Of a stretch of 64,000 nt of DNA, positions 13,301 to 29,430 are shown in pieces. The stretch comes from Eledone cirrhosa (lineage: Eukaryota), in the NCBI GenBank assembly GCA_964016885.1, contig OZ024740.1, positions 415,772,001-415,836,000 on the forward strand. Direction: 5' to 3'. Both the position numbers and the translations under genes were made by a program. A model generated the notes under the pieces. That model worked only from the letters and a program-made list of their open reading frames with translations. It ran no database searches and was not told where the DNA came from. Each line of letters starts with the position of its first letter. Position 1 is the stretch's first letter.

Positions 13301-16300
13301 GATGACAGTGAATCAGATACAGTGTGTAAGAGAGAACACTGTGGGTATGGATATATGTTGTGTATGGGGGATGACAGTGAATCAGATATAGTGTGTAAGA
13401 GAGAACACTGTGGGTATGGACATATGTTGTGTATGGGGGATGACAGTGAATAAGATATAGTGTGTAAGACAGAACACTGTGGGTATGGACATATGTTGTG
13501 TATGGGGGATGACAGTAAATCAGATATAGAGTGTAAGAGAGAATCCTGTGGGTATGGACATATGTTGTGTATGGGGGATGACAGTAAATCAGATATAGTG
13601 TGTAAGAGAGAACACTGTGGGTATGGACATATGTTGTGTATGGGGGATGACAGTGAATCAGATATAGTGTGTAAGAGAGAACACTGTGGGTATGGACATA
13701 TGTTGTGTATGAGGGATGACAGTGAATCAGATATAGTGTGTAAGAGAGAACACTGTGGGTATGGACATATGTTGTGTATGGGGGATGACAGTGAATCAGA
13801 TATAGTGTGTAAGAGAGAACACTGTGGGTATGGACATATGTTGTGTATGGGGGATGACAGTGAATCAGATATAGTGTGTAAGAGAGAACACTGTGGGTAT
13901 GGACATATGTTGTGTATAGGGGATGACAGTGAATATGATATAGAGTGTAAGAGAGAACACTGTGGGTATGGACATATGTTGTGTATGGGGGATGACAGTG
14001 AATCAGATATAGTGTGTAAGAGAGAACACTGTGGGTATGGACATATGTTGTGTATGGGGGATGACAGTAAATCAGATATAGTGTGTAAGAGAGAACACTG
14101 TGGGTATGGACATATGTTTGTGTATGGGGGATGACAGTGAATCAGATATAGTGTGTAAGAGAGAACACTGTGGGTATGGACATATGTTGTGTATGGGGGA
14201 TGACAGTGAATCAGATATAGTGTGTAAGAGAGAACACTGTGGGTATGGACATATGTTGTGTATCGGGGAAGACAGTGAATCAGATATAGAGTGTAAGAGA
14301 GAACACTGTGGGTATGGACATATGTTGTGTATGTGGGATGACAGTGAATCAGATATAGTGTGTATGAGAGAACACTGTGGGTATGGACATATGTTGTGTA
14401 TGTGGGATGACAGTGAATCAGATATAGTGTGTAAGAGAGAACACTGTGGGTATGGACATATGTTGTGTATAGGGGATGACAGTGAATATGATATAGTGTG
14501 TAAGAGAGAACACTGTGGGTATGGACATATGTTGTGTATGGGGGATGACAGTGTATCAGATATAGTGTGTAAGAGAGAACACTGTGGGTATGGACATATG
14601 TTGTGTATGGGGGAAGACAGTGAATCAGATATAGTGTGTAAGAGAGAACACTGTGGGTATGGTCATATTTTGTGTATGGGGGATGACAGTGAATCAGATA
14701 TAGTATGTAAGAGAGAACACTGTGGGTATGGACATATGTTGTGTATGGGGGATGACAGTGAATCAGATATAGTGTGTAAGAGAGAACACTGTGGGTATGG
14801 ACATATGTTGTGTATGGGGGATGACAGTGAATCAGATATAGTGTGTAAGAGAGAACACTGTGGGTATGGACATATGTTGTGTATGGGGGAAGACAGTGAA
14901 TCAGATATAGAGTGTAAGAGAGAACACTGTGGGTATGGACATATGTTGTGTATGGGGGATGACAGTGAATCAGATATAGTATGTAAGAGAGAACACTGTG
15001 GGTATGGACATATGTTGTGTATGGGGGATGACAGTGAATCAGATATAGTGTGTAAGAGAGAACACTGTGGGTATGGACATATGTTGTGTATGGTGGTTGA
15101 CAGTGAATCAGATATAGTGTGTAAGAGAGAACACTGTGGGTATGGACATATGTTGTGTATGGGGGATGATAGTGAATCAGATATAGTGTGTAAGAGACAA
15201 AACTGTGGGTATGGACATATGTTGTGTATGGTGGTTGACAGTGAATCAGATATAGAGTGTAAGAGAGAACACTGTGGGTATGGACATATGTTGTGTATGG
15301 GGGATGACAGCGAATCAGATATAGTGTGTAAGAGAGAACACTGTGGGTATGGACATATGTTGTGTATGGGGGATGACAGTGAATCAGATATAGAATGTAA
15401 GAGAGAACACTGTGGGTATGGACATATGTTGTGTATGGGGGATGACAGTGAATCAGATATAGAGTGTAAGAGAGAACACTGTGGGTATGGACATATGTTG
15501 TGTATGGGGGATGACAGTGTATCAGATATAGTGTGTAAGAGAGAACACTGTGGGTATGGACATATGTTGTGTATGGGGGATGACAGTGAATCAGATATAG
15601 TGTGTAAGAGAGAACACTGTGGGTATGGACATATGTTGTGCATGGTGGATGACAGTGAATCAGATATAGCGTGTAAGAGAGCACACCGTGGGTATGGACA
15701 TATGTTGTGTACGGGGGAAGACAGTGAATCAGATATAGAGTGTAAGAGAGAACACTGTGGGTATGGACATATGTTGTGTATGGGGGAAGAGAGTGAATCA
15801 GATATAGAGTGTAAGAGAGAACACTGTGGGTATGGACATATGTTGTGTATGGGGCATGACAGTGAATCAGATATAGTGTGTAAGAGAGAACACTGTGGGT
15901 ATGGACATATGTTGTGTATGGGGGATGACAGTGAATCAGATACAGTGTGTAAGAGAGAACACTGAGGGTATGGACATATGTTGTGTATGGGGGATGACAG
16001 TGAATCAGATATAGAGTGTAAGAGAGAACACTGTGGGTATGGACATATGTTGTGTATGGGGGATGACAGCGAATCAGATATAGTGTGTAAGAGAGAACAC
16101 TGTGGGTATGGACATATGTTGTGTATGGGGGATGACAGTGAATCAGATATAGAATGTAAGAGAGAACACTGTGGGTATGGACATATGTTGTGTATGGGGG
16201 ATGACAGTGAATCAGATATAGAGTGTAAGAGAGAACACTGTGGGTATGGACATATGTTGTGTATGGGGGATGACAGTGTATCAGATATAGTGTGTAAGAG

Positions 16301-19300
16301 ACAACACTGTGGGTATGGACATATGTTGTGTATGGTGATTGACAGTGAATCATATATAGTGTGTAAGAGAGAACACTGTGGCTATGGACATATGTTGTGT
16401 AAGGTGGTTGACAGTGAATCCAATATAGTGTGTAAGAGAGAACACTGTGGGTATGGACATATGTTGTGCCTGGTGGATGACAGTGAATCAGATATAGTGT
16501 GTAAGAGAGAACACTGTGGGTATGGACATATGTTGTGTAAGGGGGAAGACAGTGAATCAGATATAGAGTGTATGAGAGAACACTGTGGGTATGGACATAT
16601 GTTGTGTATGGGGGAAGACAGTGAATCAGATATAGAGTGTAAGAGAGAACACTGTAGGTATGGACATATGTTGTGTATGGGGCATGGCAGTGAATCAGAT
16701 ATAGTGTGTAAGAGAGAACACTGTGGGTATGGACATATGTTGTGTATGGGGGATGACAGTGAATCAGATACAGTGTGTAAGAGAGAACACTGTGGGTATG
16801 GATATATGTTGTGTATGGGGGATGACAGTGAATCAGATATAGTGTGTAAGAGAGAACACTGTGGGTATGGACATATGTTGTGTATGGGGGATGACAGTGA
16901 ATAAGATATAGTGTGTAAGACAGAACACTGTGGGTATGGACATATGTTGTGTATGGGGGATGACAGTAAATCAGATATAGAGTGTAAGAGAGAATCCTGT
17001 GGGTATGGACATATGTTGTGTATGGGGGATGACAGTAAATCAGATATAGTGTGTAAGAGAGAACACTGTGGGTATGGACATATGTTGTGTATGGGGGATG
17101 ACAGTGAATCAGATATAGTGTGTAAGAGAGAACACTGTGGGTATGGACATATGTTGTGTATGAGGGATGACAGTGAATCAGATATAGTGTGTAAGAGAGA
17201 ACACTGTGGGTATGGACATATGTTGTGTATGGGGGATGACAGTGAATCAGATATAGTGTGTAAGAGAGAACACTGTGGGTATGGACATATGTTGTGTATG
17301 GGGGATGACAGTGAATCAGATATAGTGTGTAAGAGAGAACACTGTGGGTATGGACATATGTTGTGTATAGGGGATGACAGTGAATATGATATAGAGTGTA
17401 AGAGAGAACACTGTGGGTATGGACATATGTTGTGTATGGGGGATGACAGTGAATCAGATATAATGTGTAAGAGAGAACACTGTGGGTATGGACATATGTT
17501 GTGTATGGGGGATGACAGTAAATCAGATATAGTGTGTAAGAGAGAACACTGTGGGTATGGACATATGTTTGTGTATGGGGGATGACAGTGAATCAGATAT
17601 AGTGTGTAAGAGAGAACACTGTGGGTATGGACATATGTTGTGTATGGGGGATGACAGTGAATCAGATATAGTGTGTAAGAGAGAACACTGTGGGTATGGA
17701 CATATGTTGTGTATGGGGGATGACATTGAATCAGATATAGTGTGTATGAGAGAACACTGTGGGTATGGACATATGTTGTGTATCGGGGAAGACAGTGAAT
17801 CAGATATAGAGTGTAAGAGAGAACACTGTGGGTATGGACATATGTTGTGTATGTGGGATGACAGTGAATCAGATATAGTGTGTATGAGAGAACACTGTGG
17901 GTATGGACATATGTTGTGTATGAGGGATGACAGTGAATCAGATATAGTGTGTAAGAGAGAACACTGTGGGTATGGACATATGTTGTGTATGGGGGATGAC
18001 AGTGAATCAGATATAGTGTGTAAGAGAGAACACTGTGGGTATGGACATATGTTGTGTATGGGGGAAGAGAGTGAATCAGATATAGAGTGTAAGAGAGAAC
18101 ACTGTGGGTATGGACATATGTTGTGTATGGGGCATGACAGTGAATCAGATATAGTGTGTAAGAGAGAACACTGTGGGTATGGACATATGTTGTGTATGGG
18201 GGATGACAGTGAATCAGATACAGTGTGTAAGAGAGAACACTGAGGGTATGGACATATGTTGTGTATGGGGGATGACAGTGAATCAGATATAGAGTGTAAG
18301 AGAGAACACTGTGGGTATGGACATATGTTGTGTATGGGGGATGACAGCGAATCAGATATAGTGTGTAAGAGAGAACACTGTGGGTATGGACATATGTTGT
18401 GTATGGGGGATGACAGTGAATCAGATATAGAATGTAAGAGAGAACACTGTGGGTATGGACATATGTTGTGTATGGGGGATGACAGTGAATCAGATATAGA
18501 GTGTAAGAGAGAACACTGTGGGTATGGACATATGTTGTGTATGGGGGATGACAGTGTATCAGATATAGTGTGTAAGAGACAACACTGTGGGTATGGACAT
18601 ATGTTGTGTATGGTGATTGACAGTGAATCATATATAGTGTGTAAGAGAGAACACTGTGGCTATGGACATATGTTGTGTAAGGTGGTTGACAGTGAATCCA
18701 ATATAGTGTGTAAGAGAGAACACTGTGGGTATGGACATATGTTGTGCCTGGTGGATGACAGTGAATCAGATATAGTGTGTAAGAGAGAACACTGTGGGTA
18801 TGGACATATGTTGTGTAAGGGGGAAGACAGTGAATCAGATATAGAGTGTATGAGAGAACACTGTGGGTATGGACATATGTTGTGTATGGGGGAAGACAGT
18901 GAATCAGATATAGAGTGTAAGAGAGAACACTGTAGGTATGGACATATGTTGTGTATGGGGCATGGCAGTGAATCAGATATAGTGTGTAAGAGAGAACACT
19001 GTGGGTATGGACATATGTTGTGTATGGGGGATGACAGTGAATCAGATACAGTGTGTAAGAGAGAACACTGTGGGTATGGATATATGTTGTGTATGGGGGA
19101 TGACAGTGAATCAGATATAGTGTGTAAGAGAGAACACTGTGGGTATGGACATATGTTGTGTATGGGGGATGACAGTGAATAAGATATAGTGGGTAAGACA
19201 GAACACTGTGGGTATGGACATATGTTGTGTATGGGGGATGACAGTAAATCAGATATAGAGTGTAAGAGAGAATCCTGTGGGTATGGACATATGTTGTGTA

Positions 19301-20170
19301 TGGGGGATGACAGTAAATCAGATATAGTGTGTAAGAGAGAACACTGTGGGTATGGACATATGTTGTGTATGGGGGATGACAGTGAATCAGATATAGTGTG
19401 TAAGAGAGAACACTGTGGGTATGGACATATGTTGTGTATGAGGGATGACAGTGAATCAGATATAGTGTGTAAGAGAGAACACTGTGGGTATGGACATATG
19501 TTGTGTATGGGGGATGACAGTGAATCAGATATAGTGTGTAAGAGAGAACACTGTGGGTATGGACATATGTTGTGTATGGGGGATGACAGTGAATCAGATA
19601 TAGTGTGTAAGAGAGAACACTGTGGGTATGGACATATGTTGTGTATAGGGGATGACAGTGAATATGATATAGAGTGTAAGAGAGAACACTGTGGGTATGG
19701 ACATATGTTGTGTATGGGGGATGACAGTGAATCAGATATAGTGTGTAAGAGAGAACACTGTGGGTATGGACATATGTTGTGTATGGGGGATGACAGTAAA
19801 TCAGATATAGTGTGTAAGAGAGAACACTGTGGGTATGGACATATGTTTGTGTATGGGGGATGACAGTGAATCAGATATAGTGTGTAAGAGAGAACACTGT
19901 GGGTATGGACATATGTTGTGTATGGGGGATGACAGTGAATCAGATATAGTGTGTAAGAGAGAACACTGTGGGTATGGACATATGTTGTGTATGGGGGATG
20001 ACATTGAATCAGATATAGTGTGTATGAGAGAACACTGTGGGTATGGACATATGTTGTGTATCGGGGAAGACAGTGAATCAGATATAGAGTGTAAGAGAGA
20101 ACACTGTGGGTATGGACATATGTTGTGTATGTGGGATGACAGTGAATCAGATATAGTGTGTATGAGAGAA
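11790..20170 (+). repeat. Three related higher-order blocks with periods 3451 (50 monomers +1) and 2278 (33 monomers +1); boundaries approximate
   Basis: ORFs at 12527/15978/18256 and 13460/16911/19189 are near-identical. All three blocks share a 1-bp T insertion (CATATGTTTGTG) at ~14118, ~17569 and ~19847, and the GAATCC variant. Confidence 0.85.
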
Positions 20171-23100
20171 CACTGTGGGTATGGACATATGTTGTGTATG
20201 TGGGATGACAGTGAATCAGATATAGTGTGTAAGAGAGAACACTGTGGGTATGGACATATGTTGTGTATAGGGGATGACAGTGAATATGATATAGTGTGTA
20301 AGAGAGAACACTGTGGGTATGGACATATGTTGTGTATGGGGGATGACAGTGTATCAGATATAGTGTGTAAGAGAGAACACTGTGGGTATGGACATATGTT
20401 GTGTATGGGGGAAGACAGTGAATCAGATATAGTGTGTAAGAGAGAACACTGTGGGTATGGTCATATTTTGTGTATGGGGGATGACAGTGAATCAGATATA
20501 GTATGTAAGAGAGAACACTGTGGGTATGGACATATGTTGTGTATGGGGGATGACAGTGAATCAGATATAGTGTGTAAGAGAGAACACTGTGGGTATGGAC
20601 ATATGTTGTGTATGGGGGATGACAGTGAATCAGATATAGTGTGTAAGAGAGAACACTGTGGGTATGGACATATGTTGTGTATGGGGGAAGACAGTGAATC
20701 AGATATAGAGTGTAAGAGAGAACACTGTGGGTATGGACATATGTTGTGTATGGGGGATGACAGTGAATCAGATATAGTATGTAAGAGAGAACACTGTGGG
20801 TATGGACATATGTTGTGTATGGGGGATGACAGTGAATCAGATATAGTGTGTAAGAGAGAACACTGTGGGTATGGACATATGTTGTGTATGGTGGTTGACA
20901 GTGAATCAGATATAGTGTGTAAGAGAGAACACTGTGGGTATGGACATATGTTGTGTATGGGGGATGACAGTGAATCAGATATAGTGTGTAAGAGACAAAA
21001 CTGTGGGTATGGACATATGTTGTGTATGGTGGTTGACAGTGAATCAGATATAGTGTGTAAGAGAGAACACTGTGGTTATGGACATATGTTGTGTAAGGTG
21101 GTTGACAGTGAATCAGATATAGTGTGTAAGAGAGAACACTGTGGGTATGGACATATGTTGTGTATGGGTGATGACAGTCAATCAGATATAGAGTGTAAGA
21201 GAGAACACTGTGGGTATGGACATATGTTGTGTATGGGGGATGACAGTGAATCAGATATAGTGTGTAAGAGAGAACACTGTGGGTATGGACATATGATGTG
21301 TATGGGGGATGACAGTGAATCAAATATAGTGTGTAAGAGAGAACACTGTGGGTATGGACATATGTTGTGTATGGCGGATGACAGTGAATCAGATATAGTG
21401 TGTAAGAGAGAACACTGTGGGTATGGACATATGTTGTGTATGGTGGTTGACAGTGAATCAGATATAGTGTGTAAGAGAGAACACTGTGGGTATGGACATA
21501 TGTTGTATATGGGGGATGACAGTGAATCAGATATAGTGTGTAAGAGAGAACACTGTGGGTATGGACATATGTTGTGTATGGTGGTTGACAGTGAATCAGA
21601 TATAGTGTGTAAGAGAGAACACTGTGGGTATGGACATATGTTGTATATGGAGGATGACAGTGAATCAGATATAGTGTGTAAGAGAGAACACTGTGGGTAT
21701 GGACATATGTTGTGTAAGGTGGTTGACAGTGAATCAGATATAGTGTGTAAGAGAGAACACTGTGGGTATGGACATATGTTGTGTATGGGTGATGACAGTC
21801 AATCAGATATAGAGTGTAAGAGAGAACACTGTGGGTATGGACATATGTTGTGTATGGGGGATGACAGTGAATCAGATATAGTGTGTAAGAGAGAGCACTG
21901 TGGGTATGGACATATGTTGTGTATGGGGGATGACAGTGAATCAAATATAGTGTGTAAGAGAGAACACTGTGGGTATGGACATATGTTGTGTATGGGGGAT
22001 GACAGTGAATCAGATATAGTGTGTAAGAGAGAACACTGTGGGTATGGACATATGTTGTGTATGGGGGATGACAGTGAATCAGATATAGTGTGTAAGAGAG
22101 AACACTGTGGGTATGGACATATGTTGTTTATGGGGGATGACAGTGAATCAGATATAGTGTGTAAGAGAGAACACTGTGGGTATGGACATATGTTGTGTAT
22201 GGGGGAAGACAGTGAATCATATATAGAGTGTAAGAGAGAACACTGTGGGTATGGACATATGTTGTGTATGGGGGATGACAGTGAATGAGATATAGTATGT
22301 AAGAGAGAATACTGTGGGTATGGACATATGTTGTGTATGGGGGATGACAGTGAATCAGATATAGTGTGTAAGAGAGAACACTGTGGGTATGGACATATGT
22401 TGTGTATGGTGGTTGACAGTGAATCAGATATAGTGTGTAAGAGAGAACACTGTGGGTATGAACATATGTTGTGTATGGAGGATGACAGTGAATCAGATAT
22501 AGTGTGTAAGAGACAACACTGTGGGTATGGACATATGTTGTGTATGGTGATTGACAGTGAATCAGATATAGTGTGTAAGAGAGAACACTGTGGCTATGGA
22601 CATATGTTGTGTAAGGTGGTTGACAGTGAATCCGATATAGTGTGTAAGAGAGAACACTGTGGGTATGGACATATGTTGTGCCTGGTGGATGACAGTGAAT
22701 CAGATATAGTGTGTAAGAGAGAACACTGTGGGTATGGACATATGTTGTGTATGGGGGAAGACAGTGAATCAGATATAGAGTGTATGAGAGAACACTGTGG
22801 GTATGGACATATGTTGTGTATGGGGAAAGACAGTGAATCAGATATAGAGTGTAAGAGAGAACACTGTGGGTATGGACATATGTTGTGTATGGGGGATGAG
22901 AGTGAATCAGATATAGTATGTAAGAGAGAACACTGTGGGTATGGACATATGTTGTGTATGGGGGATGACAGTGAATCAGATATAGTGTGTAAGAGAGAAC
23001 ACTGTGGGTATGGACATATGTTGTGTATGGTGGTTGACAGTGAATCAGATATAGTGTGTAAGAGAGAACACTGTGGGTATGGACATATGTTGTGTATGGG

Positions 23101-24239
23101 GGATGACAGTGAATCAGATATAGTGTGTAAGAGACAACACTGTGGGTATGGACATATGTTGTGTATGGTGGTTGACAGTGAATCAGATATAGTGTGTAAG
23201 AGAGAACACTGTGGTTATGGACATATGTTGTGTAAGGTGGTTGACAGTGAATCAGATATAGTGTGTAAGAGAGAACACTGTGGGTATGGACATATGTTGT
23301 GTATGGGTGATGACAGTCAATCAGATATAGAGTGTAAGAGAGAACACTGTGGGTATGGACATATGTTGTGTATGGGGGATGACAGTGAATCAGATATAGT
23401 GTGTAAGAGAGAACACTGTGGGTATGGACATATGTTGTGTATGGTGGTTGACAGTGAATCAGATATAGTGTGTAAGAGAGAACACTGTGGGTATGGACAT
23501 ATGTTGTATATGGGGGATGACAGTGAATCAGATATAGTGTGTAAGAGAGAACACTGTGGGTATGGACATATGTTGTGTATGGTGGTTGACAGTGAATCAG
23601 ATATAGTGTGTAAGAGAGAACACTGTGGGTATGGACATATGTTGTATATGGGGGATGACAGTGAATCAGATATAGTGTGTAAGAGAGAACACTGTGGGTA
23701 TGGACATATGTTGTGTAAGGTGGTTGACAGTGAATCAGATATAGTGTGTAAGAGAGAACACTGTGGGTATGGACATATGTTGTGTATGGTTGATGACAGT
23801 CAATCAGATATAGAGTGTAAGAGAGAACACTGTGGGTATGGACATATGTTGTGTATGGGGGATGACAGTGAATCAGATATAGTGTGTAAGAGAGAACACT
23901 GTGGGTATGGACATATGTTGTGTATGGGGGATGACAGTGAATCAAATATAGTGTGTAAGAGAGAACACTGTGGGTATGGACATATGTTGTGTATGGGGGA
24001 TGACAGTGAATCAGATATAGTGTGTAAGAGAGAACACTGTGGGTATGGACATATGTTGTGTATGGGGGATGACAGTGAATCAGATATAGTGTGTAAGAGA
24101 GAACACTGTGGGTATGGACATATGTTGTTTATGGGGGATGACAGTGAATCAGATATAGTGTGTAAGAGACAACACTGTGGGTATGGACATATGTTGTGTA
24201 TGGTGATTGACAGTGAATCAGATATAGTGTGTAAGAGAG

Positions 24240-27200
24240 AACACTGTGGGTATGGACATATGTTGTGTATGGGGGAAGACAGTGAATCAGATATAGAGTG
24301 TATGAGAGAACACTGTGGGTATGGACATATGTTGTGTATGGGGGAAGACAGTGAATCAGATATAGAGTGTAAGCGAGAACACTGTGGGTATGGACATATG
24401 TTGTGTATGGGGCATGGCAGTGAATCAGATATAGTGTGTAATAGAGAACACTGTGGGTATGGACATATGTTGTGTATGGGGGATGACAGTGAATCAGATA
24501 CAGTGTGTAAGAGAGAACACTGTGGGTATGGATATATGTTGTGTATGGGGGATGACAGTGAATCAGATATAGTGTGTAAGAGAGAACACTGTGGGTATAG
24601 ACATATGTTGTGTATCGGGGATGACAGTGAATAAGATATAGTGTGTAAGACAGAACACTGTGGGTATGGACATATGTTGTGTATGGGGGATGACAGTAAA
24701 TCAGATATAGAGTGTAAGAGAGAACACTGTGGGTATGGACATATGTTGTGTATGGGGGATGACAGTAAATCAGATATAGTGTGTAAGAGAGAACACTGTG
24801 GGTATGGACATATGTTGTGTATGGGGGATGACAGTGAATCAGATATAGTGTGTAAGAGAGAACACTGTGGGTATGGACATATGTTGTGTATGGGGGATGA
24901 CAGTGAATCAGATATAGTGTGTAAGAGAGAACACTGTGGGTATGGACATATGTTGTGTATGGGGGATGACAGTGAATCAGATATAGTGTGTAAGAGAGAA
25001 CACTGTGGGTATGGACATATGTTGTGTATGGGGGATGACAGTGAATCAGATATAGTGTGTAAGAGAGAACACTGTGGGTATGGACATATGTTGTGTATAG
25101 GGGATGACAGTGAATATGATATAGAGTGTAAGAGAGAACACTGTGGGTATGGACATATGTTGTGTATGGGGGATGACAGTGAATCAGATATAGTGTGTAA
25201 GAGAGAACACTGTGGGTATGGACATATGTTGTGTATGGGGGATGACAGTAAATCAGATATAGTGTGTAAGAGAGAACACTGTGGGTATGAACATATGTTG
25301 TGTATGGGGGATGACAGTGAATCAGATATAGTGTGTAAGAGAGAACACTGTGGGTATGGACATATGTTGTGTATGGGGGATGACAGTGAATCAGTTATAG
25401 TGTGTATGAGAGAACACTGTGGGTATGGACATATGTTGTGTATCGGGGAAGACAGTGAATCAGATATAGAGTGTAAGAGAGAACACTGTGGGTATGGACA
25501 TATGTTGTGTATGGGGGAAGACAGTGAATCAGATATAGTGTGTATGAGAGAACACTGTGGGTATGGACATATGTTGTGTATGGGGGATGACAGTGAATCA
25601 GATATAGTGTGTATGAGAGAACATGTGGGTATGGACATATGTTGTGTATGGGGGAAGACAGTAAATCAGATATAGAGTGTAAGAGAGAACACTGTGGGTA
25701 TGGACATATGTTGTGTATGGGGGATGACAGTGAATCAGATATAGTGTGTATGAGAGAACACTGTGGGTATGGACATATGTTGTGTATGGGGGATGACAGT
25801 GAATCAGATATAGTGTGTATGAGAGAACACTGTGGGTATGGACATATGTTGTGTATGTGGGATGACAGTGAATCAGATATAGTGTGTAAGAGAGAACACT
25901 GTGGGTATGGACATATGTTGTGTATAGGGGATGACAGTGAATATGATATAGTGTGTAAGAGAGAACACTGTGGGTATGGACATATGTTGTGTATGGGGGA
26001 TGACAGTGTATCAGATATAGTGTGTAAGAGAGAACACTGTGGGTATGGACATATGTTGTGTATGGGGGAAGACAGTGAATCAGATATAGTGTGTAAGAGA
26101 GAACACTGTGGGTATGGTCATATTTTGTGTATGGGGGATGACAGTGAATCAGATATAGTATGTAAGAGAGAACACTGTGGGTATGGACATATGTTGTGTA
26201 TGGGGGATGACAGTGAATCAGATATAGTGTGTAAGAGAGAACACTGTGGGTATGGACATATGTTGTGTATGGGGGATGACAGTGAATCAGATATAGTGTG
26301 TAAGAGAGCACACTGTGGGTATGGGCATATGTTGTGTATGGGGGAAGACAGTGAATCAGATATAGAGTGTAAGAGAGAACACTGTGGGTATGGACATATG
26401 TTGTGTATGGGGGATGACAGTGAATCAGATATAGTATGTAAGAGAGAACACTGTGGGTATGGACATATGTTGTGTATGGGGGATGACAGTGAATCAGATA
26501 TAGTGTGTAAGAGAGAACACTGTGGGTATGGACATATGTTTTGTATGGTGGTTGACAGTGAATCAGATATAGTGTGTAAGAGAGAACACTGTGGGTATGG
26601 ACATATGTTGTGTATGGGGGATGACAGTGAATCAGATATAGTGTGTAAGAGACAACACTGTGGGTATGGACATATGTTGTGTATGGTGGTTGACAGTGAA
26701 TCAGATATAGTGTGTAAGAGAGAACACTGTGGGTATGGACATATGTTGTGTATGGAGGATGACAGTGAATCAGATATAGTGTGTAAGAGACAACACTGTG
26801 GGTATGGACATATGTTGTGTATGGTGATTGACAGTGAATCAGATATAGTGTGTAAGAGAGAACACTGTGGCTATGGACATATGTTGTGTAAGGTGGTTGA
26901 CAGTGAATCCGATATAGTGTGTAAGAGAGAACACTGTGGGTATGGACATATGTTGTGCCTGGTGGATGACAGTGAATCAGATATAGTGTGTGAGAGAGAA
27001 CACTGTGGGTATGGACATATGTTGTGTATGGGGGAAGACAGTGAATCAGATATAGAGTGTATGAGAGAACACTGTGGGTATGGACATATGTTGTGTATGG
27101 GGGAAGACAGTGAATCAGATATAGAGTGTAAGCGAGAACACTGTGGGTATGGACATATGTTGTGTATGGGGCATGGCAGTGAATCAGATATAGTGTGTAA

Positions 27201-29430
27201 TAGAGAACACTGTGGGTATGGACATATGTTGTGTATGGGGGATGACAGTGAATCAGATACAGTGTGTAAGAGAGAACACTGTGGGTATGGATATATGTTG
27301 TGTATGGGGGATGACAGTGAATCAGATATAGTGTGTAAGAGAGAACACTGTGGGTATAGACATATGTTGTGTATCGGGGATGACAGTGAATAAGATATAG
27401 TGTGTAAGACAGAACACTGTGGGTATGGACATATGTTGTGTATGGGGGATGACAGTAAATCAGATATAGAGTGTAAGAGAGAACACTGTGGGTATGGACA
27501 TATGTTGTGTATGGGGGATGACAGTAAATCAGATATAGTGTGTAAGAGAGAACACTGTGGGTATGGACATATGTTGTGTATGGGGGATGACAGTGAATCA
27601 GATATAGTGTGTAAGAGAGAACACTGTGGGTATGGACATATGTTGTGTATGGGGGATGACAGTGAATCAGATATAGTGTGTAAGAGAGAACACTGTGGGT
27701 ATGGACATATGTTGTGTATGGGGGATGACAGTGAATCAGATATAGTGTGTAAGAGAGAACACTGTGGGTATGGACATATGTTGTGTATGGGGGATGACAG
27801 TGAATCAGATATAGTGTGTAAGAGAGAACACTGTGGGTATGGACATATGTTGTGTATAGGGGATGACAGTGAATATGATATAGAGTGTAAGAGAGAACAC
27901 TGTGGGTATGGACATATGTTGTGTATGGGGGATGACAGTGAATCAGATATAGTGTGTAAGAGAGAACACTGTGGGTATGGACATATGTTGTGTATGGGGG
28001 ATGACAGTAAATCAGATATAGTGTGTAAGAGAGAACACTGTGGGTATGAACATATGTTGTGTATGGGGGATGACAGTGAATCAGATATAGTGTGTAAGAG
28101 AGAACACTGTGGGTATGGACATATGTTGTGTATGGGGGATGACAGTGAATCAGTTATAGTGTGTATGAGAGAACACTGTGGGTATGGACATATGTTGTGT
28201 ATCGGGGAAGACAGTGAATCAGATATAGAGTGTAAGAGAGAACACTGTGGGTATGGACATATGTTGTGTATGGGGGAAGACAGTGAATCAGATATAGTGT
28301 GTATGAGAGAACACTGTGGGTATGGACATATGTTGTGTATGGGGGATGACAGTGAATCAGATATAGTGTGTATGAGAGAACATGTGGGTATGGACATATG
28401 TTGTGTATGGGGGAAGACAGTAAATCAGATATAGAGTGTAAGAGAGAACACTGTGGGTATGGACATATGTTGTGTATGGGGGATGACAGTGAATCAGATA
28501 TAGTGTGTATGAGAGAACACTGTGGGTATGGACATATGTTGTGTATGGGGGATGACAGTGAATCAGATATAGTGTGTATGAGAGAACACTGTGGGTATGG
28601 ACATATGTTGTGTATGTGGGATGACAGTGAATCAGATATAGTGTGTAAGAGAGAACACTGTGGGTATGGACATATGTTGTGTATAGGGGATGACAGTGAA
28701 TATGATATAGTGTGTAAGAGAGAACACTGTGGGTATGGACATATGTTGTGTATGGGGGATGACAGTGTATCAGATATAGTGTGTAAGAGAGAACACTGTG
28801 GGTATGGACATATGTTGTGTATGGGGGAAGACAGTGAATCAGATATAGTGTGTAAGAGAGAACACTGTGGGTATGGTCATATTTTGTGTATGGGGGATGA
28901 CAGTGAATCAGATATAGTATGTAAGAGAGAACACTGTGGGTATGGACATATGTTGTGTATGGGGGATGACAGTGAATCAGATATAGTGTGTAAGAGAGAA
29001 CACTGTGGGTATGGACATATGTTGTGTATGGGGGATGACAGTGAATCAGATATAGTGTGTAAGAGAGCACACTGTGGGTATGGGCATATGTTGTGTATGG
29101 GGGAAGACAGTGAATCAGATATAGAGTGTAAGAGAGAACACTGTGGGTATGGACATATGTTGTGTATGGGGGATGACAGTGAATCAGATATAGTATGTAA
29201 GAGAGAACACTGTGGGTATGGACATATGTTGTGTATGGGGGATGACAGTGAATCAGATATAGTGTGTAAGAGAGAACACTGTGGGTATGGACATATGTTT
29301 TGTATGGTGGTTGACAGTGAATCAGATATAGTGTGTAAGAGAGAACACTGTGGGTATGGACATATGTTGTGTATGGGGGATGACAGTGAATCAGATATAG
29401 TGTGTAAGAGACAACACTGTGGGTATGGAC
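24240..29430 (+). repeat. Higher-order duplication, period 2759 (40 monomers -1); boundaries approximate
   Basis: ORFs 24641/27400 and 25609/28368 are offset by 2759. Both copies share the 1-bp deletion GAGAACATGTGG at ~25624 and ~28383 and the rare variants AAGCGA, AATAGA and TCAGTT. Confidence 0.88.

Noticed and set aside
727-18243. TGT>TGA changes as selenocysteine recoding
   Set aside because: They are T>A variants copied by duplication. TAA and TAG stops and frameshifts also occur, and no SECIS was recognised.
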